The notes under the pieces were generated by a model. That model was given only the letters and a program-made list of their open reading frames with translations. It had not been told where the DNA came from and did no database searches. From assembly GCA_963708295.1 (NCBI GenBank), contig CAVPSJ010000012.1, positions 160,001 through 224,000 of the forward strand: a DNA stretch of 64,000 nucleotides. Reading direction: 5' to 3'. Each line of letters opens with the position of its first letter. The stretch's first letter is position 1. Position numbers and translations under genes: made by a program. Below, piece by piece: positions 1 through 9,978 of this stretch. Source of the stretch: an uncultured delta proteobacterium (lineage in GTDB: Bacteria; Desulfobacterota; BSN033; UBA1163).

Positions 1-508
1 CGGTCTGTTTGAGAATCTGATGGATCGCCTGAACGCGCGGCGTCTGGCGTCCATCAAATTCACCCAAAATGATTCGACGGAATGGGCTGTACTGGCCGAT
101 CACACCCGGTGCTTCGATCGCAGCGGAAAGCCACGTGACACCGCCCAACAGGTGTTCCTTGCCTACCGCCGCCCCGATACGATCAGCAGCATCCACGCCG
201 TTCTGAAGCGGAAGAATCACCGTATTCGAAGCAACCAACGGCTTGATCGCCTGTGCTGCGTCGTCCGTTTGATAGGTCTTTGTCGTGAAAAGAATGAGTT
301 CTACTGGACCGATGCTTTCAGGATTGTCAGTCGCTCGGGCGCCTGAAACAAGAAAGTCACCGTGTACGCTCTTAACCTGCAACCCTTTTCTACGAATCGC
401 CTCCAAATGCGGGCCGCGCGCAATGAATGTAACATCTTGGCCGGAATGAGCGAGCAAGCCCCCGAAATAACCTCCCACTCCCCCGGTCCCCATGATCGCG
501 ATCTTCAT
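1..508 (-). CDS. panE: 2-dehydropantoate 2-reductase (ketopantoate reductase family), 3' end beyond window
   Basis: Manual translation from ATG at 508: MKIAIMGTGGVGGYFGGLLAHSGQDVTFIARGPHLEAIRRKGL (Rossmann GxGxxG, ApbA-type); GGAGGAG RBS upstream; not in ORF track. Confidence 0.85.
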   Translation of the reverse strand, partial: MKIAIMGTGGVGGYFGGLLAHSGQDVTFIARGPHLEAIRRKGLQVKSVHGDFLVSGARATDNPESIGPVELILFTTKTYQTDDAAQAIKPLVASNTVILPLQNGVDAADRIGAAVGKEHLLGGVTWLSAAIEAPGVIGQYSPFRRIILGEFDGRQTPRVQAIHQILKQT

Positions 509-677
509 AACCTCTCCTCCTGAGAATTCTTTTCAAGTGACCGGGCATCTCCCATCAGGGTCCAAAACCTTCATAGGAACACCGGAAGGCCATTCACGGT
601 TTGGGGTTGTCCCTGTCAGGTCAATCCTATTCCGCACCCTTCGATCGCTCAAAATAATCTTGCTGCCACCGATGCCA

Positions 678-1871
678 TTAAACGACATGAATCTTCTGAG
701 GCGTCTCGTGCAAGCACTCGGGCGGACCGCTTTTGGGCACCAGATAGTTTTCACAAACCTGGACATAGGCCTTCTGAGAGATGACACAGGGGTGAACTGC
801 CATATTCATAGCCGCTTGAATCTTGATCGTTTCCCCTGGATTAAGCGAAGGCCTTTCGACCAAATCGTATCCTTGCCCATGGGCGAATAGCCGTCCTTCT
901 TTCTCAAAACCTCTGCTGCTTAAAAAGTCATTATTCGCATTCCAAAGGTCAATCGGATCTGCCCCCGGCTTCAGAAGCTTCAGAATGAGCCGTTGGGCCT
1001 CCTGAGCAACCTCAAATTGCTCTTGCAATTCCGGAGAGACCCTCCCGAGGCCGAACACGCAAAAGAGATGGGCATAAAAACCGCTCGGACCATTTGACTC
1101 GATGAGCAAATTGAATTGATCACCCTCCTCGATCATTCGGTTCCCCAGGAAACTATCGAACAAGCGGCCCCGGGTGCCGTAGGGGAAGGAACCCCCGATC
1201 ACCAGCTGTTGCGTACTTCCCATTTCCATGCACTTGGCCTTCACCTGCCCAAATATTTCGAAATCCCTTCTCCCGGGCTGGATTCTGGGCAGGATGTCTT
1301 TGAAGGCGGCGTCCTGGATCTGGCAGGTCTCCCTGATCAGCCGGATTTCCTCCTCACTCTTGATCGCTTTGATTTCATCCACCCAGTCGGTTGCATTTTC
1401 AAATTCTGCGAAAGTAAGGTGTTCTGTGACGTATTTATAAAAAGAGGCCGACATGGAGCCCAGGTTCACCAAGCCAATCCGGCATTTCCCAAAAGGGGAC
1501 AACTCCTCAACCACCTTTTCCGCATCCCAGTGGCTGGTATATTCCAGTATGGGCAGGAGAGGGATGCTGATCCGCTTCTTGACGCCTCGCAGAACCCACG
1601 CTGGCGGAGTGGGCTCAGCGGGCGCCCGGGTCCCGTGCCAGACGGTCGTCATCTCATCGTTCCGCGGAAAAATGACGGAGACCGGATACTGGTGAACCGC
1701 AGGCATATCCGTGAACCATTTGACATACCCGCCAAAATAGTCCGTGCTGTTCTGGATCAACAAAAAGTCGATCTTCCTTTCGGTCATGGCGAGACGTACC
1801 GCCTTCCATCTTCTTTCAAGCTCGTTCGTTGATATTCTTTTGATGATCCTTGCTTCTGCTTCGTCGTGCAT
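678..1871 (-). CDS. M24 (Xaa-Pro peptidase/creatinase-like) hydrolase
   Basis: IKAIKSEEEI linker, AHGQGYDLVERP, creatinase-type N-terminal domain. Confidence 0.85.
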   Translation of the reverse strand: MHDEAEARIIKRISTNELERRWKAVRLAMTERKIDFLLIQNSTDYFGGYVKWFTDMPAVHQYPVSVIFPRNDEMTTVWHGTRAPAEPTPPAWVLRGVKKRISIPLLPILEYTSHWDAEKVVEELSPFGKCRIGLVNLGSMSASFYKYVTEHLTFAEFENATDWVDEIKAIKSEEEIRLIRETCQIQDAAFKDILPRIQPGRRDFEIFGQVKAKCMEMGSTQQLVIGGSFPYGTRGRLFDSFLGNRMIEEGDQFNLLIESNGPSGFYAHLFCVFGLGRVSPELQEQFEVAQEAQRLILKLLKPGADPIDLWNANNDFLSSRGFEKEGRLFAHGQGYDLVERPSLNPGETIKIQAAMNMAVHPCVISQKAYVQVCENYLVPKSGPPECLHETPQKIHVV

Positions 1872-1936
1872 CCTCGTCCTCCTTCGTGGCGATCTCTTTC
1901 AAAACAAACACAGAGAGATTTCTCGACTCAGGTTGT

Positions 1937-3238
1937 TTATCCCATGACACGGGGCAGAAACAAGGCAATTTCCGGAAAGGCAATAATCAGGCCTACCAAT
2001 ATTGCCATCGCGATCGCGTAGGGCCATATCCCCGAGTAGATCTCAAACATGGGCACCTCCTTCACCATTCCCGCCATGACAAAGACGTTCATTCCAACCG
2101 GAGGCATGATCATGCCCATCTGCATCATAATCACGGTGATCACCCCAAACCAGAGCGGGTGAAACCCCAGAGCGATCACTGTCGGGTAAACAGCAGGCAC
2201 GATAATCAGCATCATGGCCCAATCATCCATCAGGGCACCCAAAATAGCGTACAGGATGACGATGGCAATGATAATACCGACAGCGGGAACAGGGAGACCT
2301 GTGCAGAAATCTGCCAGTGCGGCAGTCAGACCGCTCAATGTCAACAAGTAATTAAACAGCATGGCTCCAATGACCATGATAAAGATCATGCCGGTGGTTC
2401 GGAGCGTGTTTTGCACACAGCGCTTGACTCCCCCGATCGTCAACCGTTTCCGGATTAAGGCGATGAGGAAGGCTGCGAGAACGCCTACGCCGGCCGCCTC
2501 CGTGGCATTGAATATTCCAGAATATATCCCCCCCATCACCAATCCGAATAGGATCACCACCGACCAGAGATCCTTGAGTGAAACAATCCGTTCGCGCCAG
2601 CTCACAGGAAGACCCGGAGGACCCAGCTTTGGATTGCGTCTGCACCAGATATAGGTGAGAGACCAGAAGAAAACCGTCAGAAGAAGTCCGGGTATAATCC
2701 CTGCTGTAAAAAGCTTACCGATGGATTGTTCCGTCATGATCCCATAAAGGACAAAGGCATTGCTGGGCGGAATCAGAATGCCCATCGTCCCGCCGGCCGC
2801 AATGCACCCTAAGGACATGCTGTTGGCGTAACCGCGCGCTTTCATCTCCGGATAGGCGATGGAGACCATAATCACTGCGCCCGCGATACTCGATCCCTGA
2901 ACCGCGGCGAAGGCAGCGCAAGCCCCTATGGTCGCCATGGCCAGGCCTCCGGGCAGATGCCCCAGCCACTTATTCACCGTCCGATAAGCGTCCAGGCTCA
3001 ACTCTGAAAGAAACGCAAACTCGCCCATGAGCATATAAAGCGGGATGACAGACATCATGTAGGTAGACGCTTGCGTCAACGCCGTTTGAGCCAGAATGCT
3101 AAATGCCGACTCGATGCCGTTCAGAATAGCGACACCCACAAATGCCGTGAGACCCATTGTGATGCCGATGTGCATGCGCAACACCATGAGGACAAACATG
3201 GCAATGACACAGATCATTCCAATCTGCCACTCTTCCAT
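1937..3238 (-). CDS. dctM: TRAP transporter large permease
   Basis: GGTMGILIPPS, MPPVGMNVFV motifs; polytopic membrane protein. Confidence 0.95.
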   Translation of the reverse strand: MEEWQIGMICVIAMFVLMVLRMHIGITMGLTAFVGVAILNGIESAFSILAQTALTQASTYMMSVIPLYMLMGEFAFLSELSLDAYRTVNKWLGHLPGGLAMATIGACAAFAAVQGSSIAGAVIMVSIAYPEMKARGYANSMSLGCIAAGGTMGILIPPSNAFVLYGIMTEQSIGKLFTAGIIPGLLLTVFFWSLTYIWCRRNPKLGPPGLPVSWRERIVSLKDLWSVVILFGLVMGGIYSGIFNATEAAGVGVLAAFLIALIRKRLTIGGVKRCVQNTLRTTGMIFIMVIGAMLFNYLLTLSGLTAALADFCTGLPVPAVGIIIAIVILYAILGALMDDWAMMLIIVPAVYPTVIALGFHPLWFGVITVIMMQMGMIMPPVGMNVFVMAGMVKEVPMFEIYSGIWPYAIAMAILVGLIIAFPEIALFLPRVMG

Positions 3239-3242
3239 CTAT

Positions 3243-3773
3243 TTACTCCAATTCCTTCTTCTCGCCATTTCCAGAGTCAAGGGGTGAGAAAGCATTCAAC
3301 AAGAGCTCGAGGCCAAACATGACCATCCCGATGGCCATAACGAAGACAACGGGCGCAATCGGCAGATGAAGAACGTCCGTCACTCGGAATATCGGCTGGG
3401 TATGTTCTACGGCCAGTACCCACGACCGCCAGCCCATGAGGAACATGAACGCAGCCGCGGCAAAATACATCACACTCATCAAAATCCCCCGGATGCGTCG
3501 GGGAAAATGATCAACGACCTCGTTCATGGTGACATGCCCTTTCCTGACCTCGGTGTAGGCGAGCGAAAAATAGACAATGACCACGAGCAACAGCTGGACA
3601 ATCTCCACCGAGCCCCTTAAGGGCATCCTGAAGACATAGCGGCCCAGGACATTCACGATCACCGCCAGGGCCGCCAGGCCGAGGGCAAGCTCTGCAATCC
3701 AGAGAACACCCTGAATCAGGGCGTGTAACCCTTTCCTGACGGTCCACAAGACTCTGGATGGCACAGTATTCAC
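3243..3773 (-). CDS. dctQ: TRAP transporter small permease
   Basis: 4 TM, NVLGRYVF..P..GSVEI, GHV motif; position between dctP and dctM. Confidence 0.9.
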   Translation of the reverse strand: MNTVPSRVLWTVRKGLHALIQGVLWIAELALGLAALAVIVNVLGRYVFRMPLRGSVEIVQLLLVVIVYFSLAYTEVRKGHVTMNEVVDHFPRRIRGILMSVMYFAAAAFMFLMGWRSWVLAVEHTQPIFRVTDVLHLPIAPVVFVMAIGMVMFGLELLLNAFSPLDSGNGEKKELE

Positions 3774-3874
3774 CTCCCTATCACCGATCGCCTTGATAAA
3801 GACGGGAGTCTTCTCTACTCAGCAATAGTTCTCATGGAGCCAATGGATCGGAGCAAATTAAAAAAATTAATCGA

Positions 3875-3911
3875 GAGTGAAGCCCCCTTCCTACAACAGG
3901 GGGCTTCACTC
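3875..3911 (-). terminator. Stem-loop between dctP and dctQ (attenuator or mRNA stabiliser)
   Basis: GAGTGAAGCCCCCT / AGGGGGCTTCACTC 14-bp inverted repeat. Confidence 0.6.
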
Positions 3912-3929
3912 GAAAGGAAGTAAGGAGCT

Positions 3930-5030
3930 CTATTTCTTTGATTTTAACTGAAGGATGTCATTGTACATCTGTGACCCCGGAAGCCCAGCGCCGTCCATCT
4001 CTTTCACCCATTCCATTTCCACCGGCTTTACTGCGTCAATCCATCGCTGTTTCTCGGCGGGCGACAGTTCGATCAACTCCATCCCGGCCTTTTTCCCTGC
4101 TTCGATCCCCACATCGACGTTGCTTCGATAGCTATTCGCTTGTCTCTCCAGCGCCCAAGGGACCAAATCCGCAATGATCTTCTGATCCGCAGGGGGAAGC
4201 TTGTCCCAGGCCGCTTGTCTCATCGCCGTAAAGTTTGTTGCTGAGCCGAAATCAATTTTTGTCCCATATCTGACGACCTCCGACAGCCGGAACCCTGCAA
4301 GAGAATCAAAAGGGTAAAGCATACCGTCAACCACCTTTTTTTCCAGGGAGGTGTAGAGGTCATGAGACTGGATCGTCTCACCGGAGCTTCCTAAGGCTCG
4401 TAGCACGAGGGGTGGCGTTTTTCCTCCACCAAATCCGATGATCTTACCTTTCATATCTTCCAGTTTCCTCACCGGTTTTGCCGCCATCAACAGATTATTG
4501 AGTCCGAAGCGGCCCGTGTACAGTATCTTTACATCCTTAAAGTATCGGGGGATGAGATATTTCTCGTAGACCATCGTACGAATAGCAGTGCAGGTCGGAT
4601 CGCCGACATCTCCCGGGACAAGGGCTGGAAGGTGAAAGACGCTCTCAAGGGGAAAGCGCCCGGTCTGAAATCCAGGGATAATCCATGCCAAATCGGTGGT
4701 TCCCTTTACAAGTGCGTCATACAGCTCGCCTACCTTGCCCAGCTGACCATCGGCGTAAACCGTCACCTGAACTCGCCCTTCCGTTCGTTTCGTGATCTCC
4801 GCCGCAAGAGGTGCGATCACGTTCTTGTAGTTGTGATGAAGGGTAGGAAGATGGGTCGCAAATTTCAATTTGACGGGTTGCACCGAGGCTTGGGCTGATG
4901 CCGAGGCAGGGGACAGGAATGTGGTTACAGCAGAAGATAGCGATGTCGGAGGGGTTGATGATCCAAGACCCGTGAACACGACGCCGACCAATACTACCAT
5001 GCATATCAAACCTAAACTTACCTGTTTCAT
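3930..5030 (-). CDS. dctP: TRAP substrate-binding protein
   Basis: Signal peptide, TEGRVQVTVYADGQLG, LYTSLEKKVVDG. Confidence 0.93.
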   Translation of the reverse strand: MKQVSLGLICMVVLVGVVFTGLGSSTPPTSLSSAVTTFLSPASASAQASVQPVKLKFATHLPTLHHNYKNVIAPLAAEITKRTEGRVQVTVYADGQLGKVGELYDALVKGTTDLAWIIPGFQTGRFPLESVFHLPALVPGDVGDPTCTAIRTMVYEKYLIPRYFKDVKILYTGRFGLNNLLMAAKPVRKLEDMKGKIIGFGGGKTPPLVLRALGSSGETIQSHDLYTSLEKKVVDGMLYPFDSLAGFRLSEVVRYGTKIDFGSATNFTAMRQAAWDKLPPADQKIIADLVPWALERQANSYRSNVDVGIEAGKKAGMELIELSPAEKQRWIDAVKPVEMEWVKEMDGAGLPGSQMYNDILQLKSKK

Positions 5031-5487
5031 CGCGAATTGCCTCCTTCGGAAGATTTAAAATTTGGATTCCTATATTCCGCTTTGATCACCTGACCGGACA
5101 GTAGAGCGACGTATCACAGACAAGAAAAAATGTCAAGCTGCTAAAAACATGGCCGCCATAGAACGTAAGCTTTTTTAGTGAAATGGAGTAGGTATCAGGT
5201 CTACACGATTCACTCAATATTCTCTTGAGGTTATTACCTTTTTCTGATAGCTTCGGAACCTCTTTTAATCTCTCTTCGAGCCTTCGCGTATTCTGTGTTG
5301 CAACCCTTACGCCCCCCGATCACTTCATCTCCGTTTCTCCCCATCTTGGTCTTCATGGAGGTCTGGGAGTCAATAACCTAACGAACCCAATAACTCAATC
5401 AACGATTATTTGGTCAAGATTTTTGATGGATGCTACCTGCGAAGAGCGCAGACCCGATACCTATTGCTCTTCGAGGTTTGAAGTCTG

Positions 5488-5862
5488 TCAGTACCTCACC
5501 CGGGTCGACTCGGTGAGCTTGCCATCCCTGTTAAATCTCAGGCGCAGGTATTCTCCGCGGGGCGGAGGTGACACGGAAGTTCCCACCCCGACCCCCGAGG
5601 ACGAATGATGGCCATAACCCGCGCCGCCTAAGCCAAAACCGAAGGAGATCATTGGGCTTCGTCGAAGCACCCACTCTGCGATCACGCCCTCGCTCATTTC
5701 GCCTATCACGTTGGGTTCCCCCAACTCGGCCAGAGCTTCCTCGTAGGTGTACGTTCCGAGGCGGCTCCCCCAATCGATGTTCTTGATATTGGCTTTCGGG
5801 CCGGAGGCACAGCTTCCAGTCAGAAGGACCAGCACAATGAATGATGACCGTAATAATTTCAT
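5488..5862 (-). CDS. Hypothetical lipoprotein
   Basis: Signal with LTGSC lipobox-like Cys; Gly-rich FGFGLGG/GVGVG segment; RBS AGAGG-like context. Confidence 0.7.
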   Translation of the reverse strand: MKLLRSSFIVLVLLTGSCASGPKANIKNIDWGSRLGTYTYEEALAELGEPNVIGEMSEGVIAEWVLRRSPMISFGFGLGGAGYGHHSSSGVGVGTSVSPPPRGEYLRLRFNRDGKLTESTRVRY

Positions 5863-5937
5863 AACGAATGATAGAGGTGAGACTCAACCTTCTGGCCGAC
5901 GATCGTCCTCTTGGTCCGACCCGAGCCCCGCTCAAGC

Positions 5938-6060
5938 CTATACGCTCTCTTTCACCAATGCCAAGAAGGCTGAAGCTTTCATGATCCTAATCCCCTCAAA
6001 GACTTTCAGGTCTTTAAGAGGGTGGTCGCCGGAGACAATGAAATCCGCCTTTAATGATAT
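5938..6060 (-). pseudogene. C-terminal fragment of a PIN-domain toxin
   Basis: Manual translation ..KADFIVSGDHPLKDLKVFEGIRIMKASAFLALVKESV* (ADxIVSGDxxL motif); no N-terminus. Confidence 0.6.
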
Positions 6061-6158
6061 CAGATGGAAGGAGGCAGTCAAGGGGGCCCCTGACAAAAGA
6101 AATCACTCTCTTTTTGGATGAGGACAACGCCGCAGATGGGCGTTTTTCAACAGCCTGC

Positions 6159-6341
6159 TTATCCTTGACCTGGCTCCATTCGCCTCTTCAACCTTTCAAT
6201 TCGTGCCGACAGATTACGGTCTTCCTTCTGAAGTGCCGAAAGTCTCTTCCGCATCACACTCACCGCGCTATAGTCAATGCCCATTAACTCTCCGATGTCC
6301 CTTTGATCCACCCCCCCGTCGCGATACAACGTAATCGACAC
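6159..6341 (-). pseudogene. C-terminal HTH remnant of a Y1/RAYT-like transposase
   Basis: QRDIGELMGIDYSAVSVMRKRL HTH fused directly to the element end repeat; similar remnants near 12610-12660 and 17295-17365. Confidence 0.55.
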
Positions 6342-6709
6342 TGCCGGTTCTTTCCCTGTCTCACGTCAAGACCTGATACTGGCTCTGGCTTCTCCTATCC
6401 GGGTCACGTTATTGACAATCCGATGGGATCGGGTTAAAAAAGATATGTACCACATTGTAGTATGCTTGAACTTACACTCCTTCCAAAAGCATCAACTCTT
6501 TCGAGCGGGGGATGGAATGCGGTCATTTTCAACTGGCGACCGAGTTGCCCAGGGATGAAAATTCGACCCATCCGCCTTTTTGGGGAACCGAGAAGGAAAC
6601 GATCCTATTCACATACAGGAAAGACATTTCAGAATATCCTTTGCTTCGAACCCTTTTGCTCCAAGTCAAAGCGACAGATCCAACATATAGGAAAAAAGGA
6701 GGATCAACG

Positions 6710-7267
6710 ATGAAACCAGGGGTGTATTCTTTCGCGGGGGTGTTGCTATCTTTTGCCCTTGTCGTATCCGCCGTTGCCGGCGACAAAGTAAAAATCACCA
6801 ATTTCCACGGCACAGACAAGCTGTTGGCGGAGGCATTCGAGAAGCACGGCAAGTATTTTGCCAATGCCACCATCACTTCTGCGACGGCGGATGCCGCAGG
6901 CAGAGTCACCGTCAATTTCAGTGTCAGAGATCGCGCCGGGAATGGGGTCGTCGGCATCAAGGGCGTCAGCTTCAGCTTGGCCAAGCTCATTCCGGCTGTG
7001 AGGGGTGAGAGTTTCAACAAATGGGTTCCGTATATCTGGCGGTCGGAGGTGGTCCGTGGGTCCGCCACCGGCCACTGGCCGAATCCCGATGGAACGGCTG
7101 CTGACCAGGCCGATCGCGAGAGCAAAGGTACTTTAACCGATAACAAGAATGGCTCGTACCGATACGTGTTTGCCACCAACCTTTCCAAAATTAGGACTCC
7201 CGTTGCGGGGACAGCGATTTCATACAAGCAACCGATTTCAGCGTCACCTTTCAGCTTTGACCTTTGA
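6710..7267 (+). pseudogene. Truncated OmcA/MtrC-like multiheme cytochrome N-terminal beta domain (no heme motifs)
   Basis: RBS AGGAGG then ATG 6710; signal peptide; VTVNFSV.D..GNGVVG, FSLAKLIP, GTLTDNKNGSYRYVF; runs into heptamer repeats with no CxxCH. Confidence 0.6.
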
Positions 7268-7335
7268 TCTTTCAGCCTTCAGTCTTCAGCTTTCAGCCTT
7301 CAGCCTTGAGCCTCCACCTTTGAGCCTTTAGCTCT
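7236..7335. repeat. Degenerate heptamer tandem repeat (TTTCAGC/CTTCAGC/TTTGAGC)
   Basis: More than 10 imperfect 7-mers between convergent genes. Confidence 0.8.
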
Positions 7336-7338
7336 TTT

Positions 7339-8394
7339 TCAATTCCAATCCGCCACGATGAAGCCGATGCCAATCCGGTTCACAGCACGGTTGTAATCGA
7401 GAAGGCTCTCGCCATATCCGACAAAGTATTGGACATAGCCGTTCACCCACTCGTAAATGGGAAAGCTCCATTCCGCTTGCAAGGCGCCGCGATTGGTGTG
7501 GAAACTAAAATTGTTCCGGAGCATCAGCCCGAACCGGTGCTTTTTCAAGAAATAGTATGCCCAGAGTTCTCCGTATCCGAGGTATTTTTCGATATTGGGA
7601 TTATCGTCATCCTTGGCAGATTCAGGGATGCGGTACCATGTCTTCAGGAGAAGGGAAAACCGACCTCTTTCAAAACCGAAGTTTGCCACCACGCGGTTCC
7701 AGCTTCTCGATAAAGGGTTGGATTCCCCGTTGGACTGGTGGTTAAAACCCAGATTGATGAAGCGGCCCGTCAATCCCAGGATGCGGTAATCGGTTTTAAA
7801 GTTGAGTAGAAGTTCCGGCTCGTAATCCGTCTCCCGGAATGGAGCGGAGTCCTCGGAGTTGTAAAGTTGCCAGAAAGACCGCTGCGTGTAGCCGAACCAC
7901 AGATCCATTTTTTGGCCGAGAACGTCTCTCCAGAGCTTTGCCTTGAAACTCAACTGAAAAGCGACCTCGGCCTTCTTGAGATCCTTATCGGGATCGTCTT
8001 CCCGGAGGACATCGACATTCGGCGATGAGTTGTAGGTATAAGGGAGAAAATAGTTGGATCGATGGAATTTAATGGCGAATCTCCTGCGACGGCCCTTCTC
8101 GTCCATGTCCCAGAGCCGTGAAAAGTAGGAAGCCTCCTCCTCTCCTCTTTCCGGGGCCTTTTCCGCTGATTCCTTCCCGGGCTCAATCGTTCTTGATTTC
8201 CGGCCGGCAAGGTTGTCGTAGCACTTCAGCCTTTCGGCATCCTCCTCGATTTTTGCGCATTCCGCCATGTCCTGGGGCGTTTCCGAAAGCGTTTCCGCGG
8301 ATGCCGCGTCTAACAACGCGAGAACGAGCCACAAACCGATCAAAAGACTTCCGGCGCCTGCCCAGGATCCGCAGCGCGTGGTTCGCCTTCTCAT
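7339..8394 (-). CDS. pldA: Outer-membrane phospholipase A1 (OMPLA)
   Basis: FQLSFK, YTQRSFWQ, PFRETDYEPE, HQSNG..LSRSWNR catalytic motif; start may be 8421. Confidence 0.93.
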   Translation of the reverse strand: MRRRTTRCGSWAGAGSLLIGLWLVLALLDAASAETLSETPQDMAECAKIEEDAERLKCYDNLAGRKSRTIEPGKESAEKAPERGEEEASYFSRLWDMDEKGRRRRFAIKFHRSNYFLPYTYNSSPNVDVLREDDPDKDLKKAEVAFQLSFKAKLWRDVLGQKMDLWFGYTQRSFWQLYNSEDSAPFRETDYEPELLLNFKTDYRILGLTGRFINLGFNHQSNGESNPLSRSWNRVVANFGFERGRFSLLLKTWYRIPESAKDDDNPNIEKYLGYGELWAYYFLKKHRFGLMLRNNFSFHTNRGALQAEWSFPIYEWVNGYVQYFVGYGESLLDYNRAVNRIGIGFIVADWN

Positions 8395-8469
8395 CGATAC
8401 CCCTTTTTCCGACTCGGGCATCCGCCCGTTGAGACCGGGTCCCTGTCTTTTACGACCGCATGCCGGGAT

Positions 8470-8832
8470 CTAACCTTTGTCGCAGCCAAGATATTTGAGT
8501 AAACCAGCGACATAGTTTCCCCAGGTTGGAGCCAATTTATCAATCTCATGCGAAAGGAGGGTTATTTCTCCGTTGTGAAATTTTTCGTGCAATTCCTCTA
8601 ACTTATAATACTTAAAGGGCCATGTTCTTTTTCCCAGTTGATTAACCATGTAAACACTTTTTTCTATTTCATCAATTTCAAATATTCGCAATTTGTTAAG
8701 GCCATCCGCTGCCCAGAATTCAATTTTATTATCCTTCATTTCCTTCAATTTTTCCCAGCTAAAGGAACAGCTTGATGGAGTCTCCGTTCTTTTTCCCATG
8801 AGTCCTTTGTTCTTCTCTTTCTCTCGTCTCAT
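8470..8832 (-). CDS. Hypothetical protein (AT-rich)
   Basis: 120-aa ORF next to an element-end repeat; no motif recognised. Confidence 0.55.
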   Translation of the reverse strand: MRREKEKNKGLMGKRTETPSSCSFSWEKLKEMKDNKIEFWAADGLNKLRIFEIDEIEKSVYMVNQLGKRTWPFKYYKLEELHEKFHNGEITLLSHEIDKLAPTWGNYVAGLLKYLGCDKG

Positions 8833-8836
8833 CCCC

Positions 8837-8898
8837 GTTGCGATGCAACGGTATCAGAAGTGTCTGCTCTTTCACCGTCTTATGTCAAGCCCTGACAC
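8837..8898. repeat. Type-A element end repeat (other copies 6318-6379, 13250-13300, 17577-17638)
   Basis: Approximate consensus GTYGCGATRCAAC..TCTTTCACTGTCTCAYGTCAAGACCTGAYAC shared by four loci. Confidence 0.7.
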
Positions 8899-8939
8899 GG
8901 AATCCCTCTTCCGTCCTCCTCTCACCGCTCTTCGTCTCT

Positions 8940-9908
8940 CTATTTCTTAAATTGTTTACCAAGTTCTTTGTGAGCTTCATACTCTTCCCGCCACACCTTG
9001 GTAAACTCATCGGGTCCGAGATAATGGATGTCGTCGCCAAATTGTTTGATCATTCCTATGACAGATTTGTCTTCTGTCATTTTCTTGAAGGCGGCAGCCA
9101 GCTTCTCGACGATGGGTCGGGGAGTCCCCTTGGGTGCCAAGACTCCCCGCCACATGACGTAGACGACATTGACCCCCTCCTCCTTTGCCGTAGGAACGTT
9201 GGGGAGGTCAGGATCACGCTTGTTGTCCAGAACAGCCAGTGCCCGAACCTTTCCTGATTTGATGTGAGGCAGAATGGCAATAGCGAATTGGCCGGAGATA
9301 TCGATGTGGCCGCCCAATTGGGCAACCAGAGCCGGGCCGCCCCCATCATGGGGGACGACCTTGGTTGTGATGCCGGTTTCCTTTATAACCATTTTCCATG
9401 GCAGGTCGGAAGGTCCCCAAGGGCCTCCGTTTCCGAAGACCACCTTGCCCGGGTTGGCCCTTGCCCACTCGACCATCTCCTTGAAGGTCTTATAGGGCGC
9501 ATCGGGTCGGGTAACGATAATGATCGGACTGTAGTTGATGCGGCACACCGCCGCGAAATCGTCTGGACCTTTTGACCGACCTTCAACCGCCGGAAGGGTC
9601 GAGTTCGGTCCTGGGCCACCGAACAATAACGTATAGCCGTCCGGCGCAGCCTTGGCAACGAATTCGGAGGCGATCGCTCCGCCTCCACCCGGTCTAAGCT
9701 GAACGATCATCGGTTGCCCCAGATAATCTGCTGCGACGCTCGTGACCGCGCGCGCTGTCAAGTCATGAGAACCTCCAGCACCCATGGGGACGACCAGGGC
9801 CACCGGTTTCGTCGGATAATCCTGGGCCTGGATCATCGAAGCGCCAAGAAATAAAAACATCAGTGAAATAACACTCACCCATCCCCCTTTTCGTAATTGC
9901 CTGAACAT
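8940..9908 (-). CDS. Tripartite tricarboxylate transporter substrate-binding protein (TctC/Bug)
   Basis: YPTKPVALVVP..AGGSHD, PDGYTLL, WRGVLAPKGTP; RBS AAGGAGG before ATG 9908. Confidence 0.92.
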   Translation of the reverse strand: MFRQLRKGGWVSVISLMFLFLGASMIQAQDYPTKPVALVVPMGAGGSHDLTARAVTSVAADYLGQPMIVQLRPGGGGAIASEFVAKAAPDGYTLLFGGPGPNSTLPAVEGRSKGPDDFAAVCRINYSPIIIVTRPDAPYKTFKEMVEWARANPGKVVFGNGGPWGPSDLPWKMVIKETGITTKVVPHDGGGPALVAQLGGHIDISGQFAIAILPHIKSGKVRALAVLDNKRDPDLPNVPTAKEEGVNVVYVMWRGVLAPKGTPRPIVEKLAAAFKKMTEDKSVIGMIKQFGDDIHYLGPDEFTKVWREEYEAHKELGKQFKK

Positions 9909-9978
9909 CTCTCTTCCTCCTTTCATGAAACACGAATGGGCCCTCTCTGTTGATCCTGTTCCCCTGTCTCCTGGAAAC

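Larger units (their letters stand above)
5191..6379 (-). mobile_element. Degenerate non-autonomous IS200/RAYT-like element bounded by 11-bp inverted repeats
   Basis: GTATCAGGTCT (5192-5202) and AGACCTGATAC (6369-6379) are exact reverse complements; interior holds a transposase-type HTH remnant. Confidence 0.55.
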
